Source of the DNA: Setoptus koraiensis
Lineage: Eukaryota > Animalia > Arthropoda
NCBI GenBank assembly: GCA_048013815.1
Contig: CM106585.1
Location: forward strand, 682,001 to 746,000
Length of the DNA: 64,000 bases
Direction of reading: 5' to 3'
Shown: positions 26,423 through 37,430 of the stretch, one piece after another
How positions within the stretch are numbered: position 1 is the first letter of the stretch
How the letters are laid out: every line of letters begins with the position of its first letter
The notes under the pieces: model-generated
The model's database searches: none
Told to the model about the DNA's origin: nothing
What the model saw: the letters and a program-made list of their open reading frames with translations, nothing else
Translations under genes and position numbers: made by a program

Positions 26423-27311
26423 AAGCGCCAACAACAACATTTGTTACCATCACTCTTGGCCAGGATTGAGCAAATGTTGCCACATACACACAGGTGATTA
26501 GGTGAGCAAAATCAGAGAGAAAATAAGCTTACAATCTAGTGTGATTATGTAACAGCCAATGTGCAGTTGTTAGGCCAATAAGGGACAATCATGGAGACAC
26601 TTGCTGGCCGCCACCACCTCAAATCACCTCAACAAGTGAGCCTCCTAGCGGCAACATATCGTCTTGTACATACATCGTTATCTAATGTCATACATATTTA
26701 ACCTACTATATTGTCACACAGCTAGAAATAATCAGTTAGCCTATAATCATGAAGCTATTGCTACATTCAAATATATAACATATTATGTCACAAAAACTTA
26801 TAATATTACATAAAGAGATTAAAAAAGAAAATTAATTGATTATCTTGTTGAGCGTTGTTCTATAATCCTTTGCTTTGTCGTTTTAGCCGTTTGTTTGTTA
26901 ATTTTGTCTACGCTGACCCATTTGAGCATCAATGTTGACCTACAACTATTGAATAGACAACAGTAGCCTGACTAACTAACTAACTGGACACAGTGAGCGC
27001 ACTTGACACACTATGATATCTAGTGTATCTAGTTGGCAGTGAATTAAGTTGAACTATTGAAACAAAATAGTTTGAACCAACAACATGATGTCGCAGTGAC
27101 AATGTCGCAGTGCCAATAGAATCAACTCCAACCAAATTACTATCAAAAGTTCGTCAAGACACTACAATAGACAAATACAAAATAAACAGTCATATTGTAA
27201 ATTAATAAACATTAAATCACATTGAAAGCAATCAAATCAGTGATGTGGCCACCATCAGCAATATTGTTTTCATCATATAAAATAATATTAATAATAGAAG
27301 CATCATGGCTC

Positions 27312-27723
27312 ATGCAATCAGGTGAGTCTATCTGAACATTGCTAATAGTGTGTGCATTGTATCACTTAATTGACACAACACGACGACATTCAACGTGCTC
27401 ATTGTGATTAGAGTGTCATTACATCATAAATAAGCATATATTATCTGTTCTGTTCTGTTCTATTTTTTATTCAGCTAATATAGCCGCTGTGGTGGGCATG
27501 ATGAGAGGCAAGCAGCAGCAGCAAGATGGTATAGGGCGCATATGGAGCGACTCTATATGGCCCTACATGCAATTGGACAAGAACAACAACATAATAGAGG
27601 CACCACCAACAACGTCCACCAGCAACAGCAACGCCGACACCAACAATGCCAATAACAACAGCAACAACAACAACAACAACGAGCAAACTTATCATCATCA
27701 ACTATCGTATCCGGTAGCGCAAG
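27312..27723 (+). other. Two-exon orphan reading frame (27312-27321 + 27475-27723), N-rich. May be a leader uORF or an alternative first-exon pair.
   Basis: Canonical donors CAG|GTGAGT (27322) and AAG|GTGAGT (27724); strong acceptor TATTTTTTATTCAG (27474). Spliced frame is open: MQSANIAAVVGMMRGKQQQQDGIGRIWSDSIWPYMQ... No family recognised. Confidence 0.45.
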
Positions 27724-29496
27724 GTGAGTTGGGCAATAGGGGCCCCAATAGTATTAGACAATATTATAGTGCACAATAGCAGACACTCGTGAGGCTCAAC
27801 AATGTAAACTAATAAGCCAACAAACTGGTAAACATAACCAACACAACATATGCTACTTGTGTGCCCCAACTCAACTGACAACCAGACGCCACTTGTGTGT
27901 ACGTGTGCGTGTTTGTGCGCCACACAAACTGACATTGTTATTAATATTATCACCATCATGTATCTGGCTACAGCCCATAGGTACCTATAGGTACCTATAG
28001 TATACGCGTACCTAATACGATGGGCGCCCTCAAGAGCATGCACGACATGAGCTATATCTACAGTAGTGAACTTATTGCGCACCAATAAACAATCTGCCTT
28101 GCCAAATACTACACACACACTCACAACACCGCTAGCTACCTGTGTGTGGTACCTGGATGCCCTAGATACCTATTTGCGCTGCGCAGTAAGGTGCAAACAG
28201 AGCGCATATATATATACTATGTGCCATATACTATATGCCATATAGTGCACGTGTGTGTGTGTATATAGCGGGTGTGCAAGTGGGCCAGCCACATCCGATC
28301 ATTATCATTATGCCTATTTGGGCCCCCTATAGCTTGATAAGTTGGCATAGTGGCGCACCTATCGCCAATAACAACACGCACACAAGCCGCATATACGTAC
28401 CGTGTGCAAATTTGCCAATACTTGGGGCCGCAGTTCAAGAAAAAACCGTTCGAGGTCGCTTTTTGTACTGGTGTATGTTGTGTGAGTCGGATTGAATTAG
28501 CGACCGGAAAATAAATCAACAAGAAAGAAGAAGAAACGTAACATTCACTGAGACACCTCAAGCTTTTCGGCACATTTTTAGGCGGATGCGAGCGCCCCTC
28601 GTGTCTCATTGTGGCACTGCAGCCACGAGTATTGGCAACACATATGCTATGGTTTTTATGTTATTACGGCGAGCTTTTCATATAATCGCAGAGAGAGAGA
28701 GAGAGAGCAATGTCACTTGACTTGTGAGATTATTCTCTCTGCCTAGTGGTCTATTGGTTCATGGATCTATGAGTCCACGGGTAGAGTCAAAGCAGCAGCG
28801 GAGCAAGTTTATTATCCGCACTGTGTGCCGATAATAAATAATTTATCGATTTATAGGTCGGCTCGGTTGTTTCTTTTTGTGTTGTTGGGGTCATGAGTTA
28901 GTAAGTGCGTTGCCAAAAGTTGCTTGCGTCGATACAACGAAGAAGCGAGCGACCATAGCTACTGTTGCTGCCTATTTGAGGACAGCCACAGAAGGACAAA
29001 AGACAGCAGTTGTCCAATTAAGTCAATGCCAATTACGTAATGACTGGATTGTGCCCATGTTGCGCTGTTGCGTAATCTGCTGCTGCTGTTGCTTATCATA
29101 TGACCATGCAGTTGTTGTATTTTTGTGTCGCATAAATACGTGACAAAATAAATAGAAAATTAAATTCAAACAAGAGCAAGAGCAGCAGCAGCAGCATTAT
29201 GCAATTGTGCTCGCATGAACAGAAAGAGAAACTCAACTTGAAAGTCAATTTGACGACGAGGCTAAAAAGCATCGAAAAGTTAAGACGCTGCAAGAGCCGA
29301 TGAAGCGTTGCTCACGACAACATAACATTGACTTGTAAGCTTACTTTTACCAACATACATATAGATAGTTCGCAAAAGGTGAGCTGTATTCTATTTGAGC
29401 TAGTGTGTGACTAGTCGATGTTTGCAACTTGCTGCTAGCAGCTATACACTGTTGATAGCTCTCTAATAATTTATAACTCACAACAAGTCCTCATCT

Positions 29497-29575
29497 ATGT
29501 TGTGCTGCCACTGGTGTATGTATAAACATATTGTTGTTAGTTGCTGGTTGCTAGTTGCCGGCACCACAACACAAG
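29497..29575 (+). CDS. Probable signal-peptide exon of the ZP-N membrane protein
   Basis: MLCCHWCMYKHIVVSCWLLVAGTTTQ followed by a phase-1 donor G|GTGAGC at 29576. The phase matches the ZP-N exon acceptor at 32025. Confidence 0.5.
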
Positions 29576-29689
29576 GTGAGCTGATTCACTCGCTTACTCA
29601 CTCACCTGTATTACAACAGCACATGGCATCAGCTGTTTCAACTACATTTAATACTGTAGTAGCTAGTAGCTATATATACGCCCTATAAC

Positions 29690-29723
<34 letters not shown>

Positions 29724-31849
29724 AAGCAGCAACATAGGCAACAACTCGTCAAGGCAAAAAGATAGACAACAAGAAGAAAAACACAAGTTGCGCAATGAGC
29801 TTCTACGTCTAGCTTTCCATAACGACTCATCCTCAAACAAGCTGCAATCGCAAGATGTTGTCTTATTGAAATCCATTCGAGGGCCTTGAATGATGATGCC
29901 GGCTTGAATTAAACACTCACAAGCCGGCCCAAGTGACTTGCATGAGATGCAAGATGATGATGCGCAACAAACAACAACAAAAACGACAGGTACCCGCTTG
30001 TTTAGGCGGCAATGGGCTTGCTACAGAAACGAACGGCTGCTACCCTTTGATTCTTTTTGTTTTGTTCGGAATATTGCTGTTTACTGGTGGCTGTAACCTT
30101 TAATCACAACATTCAACTCGACGTCGGTCACATCATCATCGGCCGATTGTCAGTTGATTTAGAAAGTAACCAGTCGACTCGGGACTATCAAATCGAGCAT
30201 CTTTTTCCATATCGCATGGCTAAAGCATGAACAAAATATAATTAAAAAAGCTCCTTCCCGAATAGAGGGCACATGGAGAGCATTCTAAATTGAGAGAAAA
30301 ATTCTAGAGCTAAAACTAATGAGTGACAGAGTCTACATGTGTGAGGTAACTCTATCTGTCGGTGCTTGCAAACTCACACAAATCAGATGATAGAGAGAGA
30401 GATAAACTTGTCCTGAGGGCAAAGTCGTCACAATTTTCATCTGAATTGGTGGCAGTAAAAGTAGTGTCGGATTAGCACAAGTTGAGCAAACTAAAGTCAC
30501 ACGGAAGGATACACGTAAACATGGCTGTGCATTGTTGCATAGATTGGCAACTTCATTCGCATTACTTTACGGTATTAAATATCCAACACTAATAAACTAA
30601 TTAAGTAATTAAGCTACACACATACATTAAATTTGAGCCTCAACGAACAGGGTTATAAATAGATCGCATCACATGCAGCTCATCGGTGGTGAGCCGCCAA
30701 CAGCAGACACGACAAACATTATTTTTTATTTATTTATTATTATTGTTTGCTTGCGATGATGCGATTAGTTGTGCAATATTGCACAACTAGTCTATGCTAT
30801 TGGTTGCAGTGTGAGTAGCAGTCATGATAATGATTGTTTGTGTCATCAATTATTTGACTAACTATTCGTATGCTACTTGTTCACATGAATAATGTGTTTG
30901 CAACATTTGCAAATAATTATCCAAATGTTAGAATTAGCACAATTTTATATACAATCATGTGTTTATGGATTGTGATTGTTGGATTTAGGAACGAAAAATA
31001 AGAACAAATTAGTTGAACAAAAGTAACAAGTAGCTTTATTTTGTTACCATCATTTTGCTAAGCTTCACCAACAACAACAAACACACACACACATACACGA
31101 ATGAGGCCGCATTCAAATGTCATGAGTTAGAGACATGATTAGATGTATGTGTGACAAGACAGTCAAATAGCAATATAAACACATAATGCTCACAGAGATT
31201 TGCACTAACCTCTTCTTATGTTGCCATGTTCGACCGAAACAATTAGCATTGTTGGGCTACATTTGGACAAGTGCACGAGCATCTTGGCTCGGCCAAATGT
31301 CAAGGTTGGGTAATAGTTGCTACTGATATGTAACTTGTGAATGTGGACAAAACTTTGAGTTGAGCTATCAGAATGTGGCCAAGATGTGAGACTATGACTG
31401 ATGTGAGAATCACTTGTCAGAGCTTCGAGTGAAGGAATTGGTGGTAGTAAATTGGACACTCGAGCATCAGTTATTCAGTCATTGTGACCTCTCTGTTTGC
31501 CCACTATGCCATTTCGACAGCAAGCTAGACAGCGGTTAGACAAGGATATAGCTTTGATGATTGCACGCTTGTACTTAATTGGTACGTGCAGCAAATGAAG
31601 TGTCATCTAGAGACACAGAGATGGTTTTAGATAATTATAGAATAGAAAATAGTTATTACTTGACTAACTAGAAGAATGGAATGAATTGCGAGCTAACTCA
31701 CTATCTATTCAAACTAATTCCATCATCATCGCTATTGACATTAACACTAACTAAACAACAACAATTGTCTCTTTGTTTGTGTGTCTCGCATGACTAATCA
31801 CGCAACAACAACACTGACAATATCATATCTCTCTCTGGCTCATTTATGT

Positions 31850-31851
<2 letters not shown>

Positions 31852-31906
<55 letters not shown>

Positions 31907-31973
31907 GTCGTCGTCGTCGTCGTCTTAATGATAATCATCGTAATCATCATCATAATCATCATCACCATCGTCA
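31852..31973. repeat. (CAT)n then (CGT)n / imperfect trinucleotide microsatellite
   Basis: About 18 CAT units then CGT units. Source of the poly-His and poly-Ile artefact ORFs. Confidence 0.95.
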
Positions 31974-32025
31974 TGTCGGCGACTCATTTGTGTGCGCCTA
32001 CCAACAATCACTGTGCACCAACAAG

Positions 32026-32273
32026 AGCTGTCATGTAACGAGTCGCAACTGGAAGCCGTGCTCGTCTTACCTCGCCATTTTGTGACAGAACCAGAGTTCA
32101 ATGACCTCCAAGTTGATGATGCATTCGACCAACGACGCTGCCTCATGAAAAGATTAAAGGGGCGCGCAGAGCCCACATTTGTCATGCACGTAACGGATTA
32201 TAAAATGTGCGGTGCACAAGTGCACACTTTCAATGACAGCGAGCACTCAACTCAAACAAAACTCAAATCACAG
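32026..32273 (+). CDS. ZP-N domain membrane protein, exon with Cys1-Cys3
   Basis: ELSCNESQLEAVLVLP...RRCLMKR...FVMHVTDYKMCGAQV shows ZP-N C1/C2/C3 spacing. Phase-1 acceptor CAACAAG|; phase-0 donor CAG|GTGAGT at 32274. Confidence 0.72.
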
Positions 32274-32411
32274 GTGAGTAGAGTAACCATTGCTACTGTT
32301 CACGTATATGTAGAGCACAACTCAACACAACTGACAATAATAAGCTGTAACCATATTGTATTGTTGTCACTTATACACTTGACACATAAATGGCATTGTT
32401 GAGGCAAGTAG

Positions 32412-32917
32412 GCCGCTGATGGCGACGACGACGACACTGCTGCCGGTCAATCAATTGTGATAGCACCATGGAACGTGCAGCGCACAATTGCAATTATCTC
32501 ACTCAACATTCGCTTTCCGTTAATAGAGCAATTGCGCACCACAGAGGATGTTTACGCAACCATTGTTTGCAAGGTGATAATGTCACCAAGAGGGATAGTT
32601 GACACGTCACCGTCGACACAAACAATGACATCACTAAAACAACAGACACAGCAGAAGCGCCGGCATCTCGCCACACACAGCTCTGTTGGCGCGTTGGCGG
32701 CATTGACACAATTGCTCACAAACGACTATCTGCAACAACAACAACAACAACAAAACGACAAATCATCATGGGCAAATAAACTGATGCAACAATCAAACAG
32801 TTCACCAGTGAATAACAATGACGATGGTAAATGGTTCACAACGTCAAATAGCGACAACTCATCAGGGGCATCAAGAGACGACACGGCCGAAGTGGTCACT
32901 GCGGCCGCCTCAAACAG
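32412..32917 (+). CDS. ZP-N domain membrane protein, exon with Cys4 and linker
   Basis: Acceptor CAAGTAG|GCC (phase 0). ISLNIRFPLIEQLRTTEDVYATIVCKV matches the ZP-N end (L-x-T-x-x-D...C4). Phase-2 donor AG|GTGAGC at 32918. Confidence 0.72.
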
Positions 32918-33089
32918 GTGAGCTATAACCAATGATGATTATTGCCAATCTAATAATTCAATGATATAACAATAATCCAATGATACAATGATATAATGAC
33001 ATAATGATGAATCTAATGAACGCTGTTGTACATTAATATTGTTGCTGCATAATTGTTGTTAAATATTGTCGATCGGATGACACAAATAG

Positions 33090-34545
33090 CGAGCCAGTTT
33101 TTCTTGCACAGCCTGGCCATGGAGCAAGTGATGGGGCCAATGGCCAGCGAGTGAGCTCATCTCTGGTACCGATCAGTAGAGGCAGCGTAGAGGTGAAAAT
33201 ACATGCAACGCATCGAGTGGAACAACGAAACCAAAGCTACATCAATGACAGCGGCAAGTCAGCTGGCACGAATATTACAAACCAATTGACTTGGTCTCAT
33301 CAAATGGTACCACAATCAATGTTCAATTGCAGTGCTTCTAATGCAGCTGCTCATTGCATTCAGCTGAGACAACCCCTGTCACCAATGTCACCTACCGAAC
33401 AACAACAACAACAACAGAAACCACTGTCCGACGTTGTTATGAACAGGGAGCAAAATGATTGGCTCAACAGCAGCAACAACACGGTGTTGTTGTCCACCAA
33501 TGAAGCACATGCAGTTGATGTGGATATACAATCGAAGGATGACTCGACTCGTCGTCGTTTGTCCATGTTGCAAGCACTCGCTAAACACACCAGTGGCAAC
33601 AACCAAAACAACCAAAACATCAACAAAATCTCCATGGCAGGTGGTGCTGATTCAAATATTGGTCAGTCAAGCGGCACAACAATATCAACAGGGCAAGCTT
33701 ACCTGGAGACACAAACAACAACTGGCCAACAACGACAACGACACGACGATCAGTTGTTGTCGGCTGACGAACTGCCGGCGATGGTGGTAGCCGTGGCGGC
33801 AAACAATAGTGAAACATCAGTGACTCCTTCTCTGTCGTCGTCGTCGTCTTTTTCTTCTTCTTCTTACCTCAATTATCCAGTTGAAGGACGACACTCTCTG
33901 TTGGACAATCCAATTGTCAACGGCAGCAGCACTATTCGTTCAGAAGCAGTAGCAACAGCCAACAACGATCATATTGTTGACGGCAACAATAGTCACAAAT
34001 TAGAAAACAACAAGTCAACTGACAACAAACAACAACAAGCCAATGGCACCCACAATTCTAACACGCCGCTGAGAAGAACTAACTCACTCTTGGGTCCCAT
34101 TAATAGAGCGGCCAGACAGTCGCTGTTGGCGCTAATTGTGTCCGGTCATTTAATTTTAATTCCAGTTGCTTGTTTGACCTTAATACTTTTTTTGTTATTT
34201 TTCTGCACTAAGCAGACAAAAACAGCGGAAATCGAACAACAGCAACAACCACGACGGACACAAATAAAACCGTCGTATGGCCTGCAATATGGATTACAGC
34301 AACAGCAACAACAACAACAACAGCTGATTGTTGCTTCTAACAGACAGAGTGGTTGCCAAGTGTCGGTTGCGACAACAATACAGCAACACCATCCAACGGC
34401 TTGCAAGTTCAACACTAATGTTAAGTCAATAAATAAAGTCACTAATATTTATTATGTTCGTTATAATCGTCGATCGATGATAAGATTGTACACACAAGCT
34501 CACACTCAAGCACAAGCGCATGCTCAAGCACTAATTAGCAATTAG
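33090..34545 (+). CDS. ZP-N domain membrane protein, terminal exon: S/T/N/Q-rich stalk, single TM helix, cytoplasmic tail (~762 aa total)
   Basis: Phase-2 acceptor CAAATAG|C puts the exon in frame with ORF 33151-34545. Hydrophobic LLALIVSGHLILIPVACLTLILFLLFFC is preceded by RAAR. Confidence 0.65.
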
Positions 34546-35119
34546 TAGTTGCTAATTATACACAAGTATAACATTAAATTATGCATACATAGTTGAACAT
34601 ATTGATTAAAATGATGACTCATTGCTCATGCCGTTGTTGTTGTTGCTGTTGTCTGTTTTGCATACAGCGAGAGAGTTACATAACATGATCTGTTAGCAGT
34701 ACAACAAACTACAACTGTACACCTGTTGTGACCTGACACTGGCTCACATTTATTACTATTTCTATTATTATAACATGAGTTGAATATGCATAGCAGTGCA
34801 CAGGGTGACTTAGTAGTTTGAAGGGCCAAGTAGACCAACGGAACCTCGTTCTAGCACACACTTGAAACAATCAACTGTGCCTAGCCATTTACTGCTACTA
34901 TTGCAGCAACAGCAACATATTTAAATGTTTGCCTGACCAATATTTTTGCATGGTCAAGGTTAACTCAAATGAGGTTGGCCGCAATCACGATGGTCACTCA
35001 CTCAGTCAGCTAGCATAGAGTCAGCTGGCGTAGTAATGTTTCAGACAATGGTTGTTGTTGTTGCTGCAACAGCGATGGGCTTGCGATTATGAAGCGCTCA
35101 TAATAACTAGCTCATCGTT

Positions 35120-35163
35120 TGACCGTTACTTCAACTGACCGTTACTCTAACTGACCGTTACTC
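35120..35163. repeat. 16-bp tandem repeat (TGACCGTTACT[TC/CT]AAC) x2.75
   Basis: Units at 35120, 35136 and 35152, each containing ACCGTTAC. Confidence 0.85.
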
Positions 35164-36378
35164 AAGCGGCTGCATCTGCCGCCCGTTCCGTTGTATGTCT
35201 GACTCAATCATTTGCGCACAATATAAACCAAAGTGAACTGGCCAAGTGGACGTATAATTATAATTATCTCAAGCTGCATCTAGATTCCAAGTTTTAGTTT
35301 TGGTATTTTGGTCGGTGTGCTAATGATGGTATCGCCGTGTCATTGTTAGCCGGTTGTTGGCACACACACACACACACACTGTATTACAATGATTGTAACT
35401 GTTTGCAGGGTTATTGCGCAACAATACCATGCTTGCATTAAGTGCTCAAGTGTGAGTCCGTTACTTGCAAGGAGAGCAGACTAGTATGTTTGTGAGACAG
35501 CACAAAAGAGAGCCAGACTCTGGATAAAGGGAGTGGCGTAATCGTTTGGCGTACAGTTATCTAATAAACAAGCTAAAAAACAAATAAATCTATTACTCAC
35601 TCACTCACTCACACAGATGATGTAGATGAAACAAGTGGTTGCACATTCATGAACCAACCAACAAAACAACTTATTCAACTAACAACAATGTTGGCCAGTC
35701 TGACACACAAAAACAAAAATAACTTGCTTATCAAATTGTTGCTCACATTCAACACAACACGATCGACACATTCGATGTGACTATGCTTTATGTATGATGT
35801 AACGCGAATATCACGAGTCAATAACGACTATTGGCAGTGAATATTTTGGCGGTGAATATCATTAGTGCTTTCATGTACAGGTAATGTAATAAATTCAAGA
35901 ATACGAATGCAAAATAACTAGACAGTGATAAGTGCGCCGTGACAGATTCAGTTATCAGCTGCTAGCTTGTTGTTAGATAACATGGAAGTATGAGTTAGAT
36001 GAGATTTTTTAAGATGATGAATGAGTTTTGTCAAGTTTCCGCTGCACACATTCACACACAAATCGGGAAAGGACAAGGTAATTATGGGGCGAGCGTTGTT
36101 ATGGCAACCAACAGTGTCGATCAAGTGCCATTGAAATATTTAAGTCTCGTTAGCAGCATCACAAGCTCGCTCATAACAGCTGATATTTGTCCGGATAGGC
36201 ATTATTATTGTTGTGTAGCCTTGTTTAGTAACAGACACTGATTACAAGACAGTGGATTGTCGTCATGTGCATACTGTAACTCAAATGAGCTTCGAGAGAG
36301 ATAGACAGACAATTGGCGCTGTATTGATGAGTGTGCAGAGAGCGAGAGGATAATTATTATATCTGATATCGTTTATTA

Positions 36379-36432
36379 GCAGATATTGGCAGATATTGGC
36401 AGATATTGGCAGATATTAGCAGATATTAGCAG
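36379..36432. repeat. 10-bp tandem repeat (GCAGATATTG/A) x5.4
   Basis: Direct reading. Confidence 0.9.
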
Positions 36433-37349
36433 TTAGTAGGAGTAAAAATGTTGAGGCCAAAAGGGCAGCAGCATTGCGATGAGTTTAACATGAGTGACAA
36501 ATGTCACTCACAAGTCATCTGTAATGTGATAGACAGCTGTTAAAGTTGGCCAATGAACAACAGTCATTCATGCGAGTCGACCGTCTGGATATGTGAGATA
36601 ATAAACAGCTGACTATTTGATTATCTGACAAATATTGTGAGTGAGTTGCGCGACAACAACAAGTGACACACTACTCATGCGCGCTTGCTGCAAACTAATT
36701 TTTATATCGCACAACTAAAAACTTAAACTCACTAGCTTGCTCATAACTAACTTATAAATACTGGTCTCTCTATGTTAGTGGCATGTGAGAGATGAAGAAA
36801 TAAATATGAATGCTATAAATATGTGCGTTGGATGTGCGTTGAATTAGTTTGCTGAGCGATTGAATGAGTGAGCAGTTCACCTGTTATTATTAGCCAATAT
36901 AGCAGTGGATGGTCACAAGACAAGGCAAGTCATGGGTAGTGAGCTTGACACAAGTACGAGCATAAGAGTGTTGTAAATGACAAGAGAGAAATTGTGTTTA
37001 CTCTCTCGCTCTCTGACTCGCTGGCTCTGACTCGCTGGCTCTCTGACTAGCCCACTGTGTGTTGCTGTTGTGTCAGTGCGAGTGAATGAGTGTGCGCAAC
37101 TCAAGCAAGTTTTCAATCAATTTCTGGCGAGCAGGCGCGCTCAACTGTTGACTGGCTGTTCTTGTCAGTGGTTGCTTGGCTGGCTGGCTGGCTGGCTGAC
37201 TGACTGGCTGGCGGTGCAACAACACTCCGCATCACAAGCGCGCATCACTCGAGTTGCGCAGCACACAAGCCGATGGCATTGAAATGGCAACAACAACAGC
37301 CAGTTGTTACGCAACTGACAGTGCCTAGTTCAGTCTGGCCTGCCCGACC

Positions 37350-37430
37350 TGTTGTTGTTGTTGTTGTTGCTGTTGTCGTTGCTGCTGTTGTTGCTGTTGC
37401 TGTTGCTGCTGCTGTTGTTGTTGTTGCTGA
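37350..37430. repeat. (CAA/CAG)n opa-type repeat on the minus strand
   Basis: About 25 mixed TTG/CTG units on the + strand. Confidence 0.9.

Noticed and set aside
31781-32085. Poly-Ile and poly-His ORFs (also CV/HT ORFs at 20073-20665 and poly-Leu at 37352-37673)
   Set aside because: Produced by microsatellites, with no domain signal.
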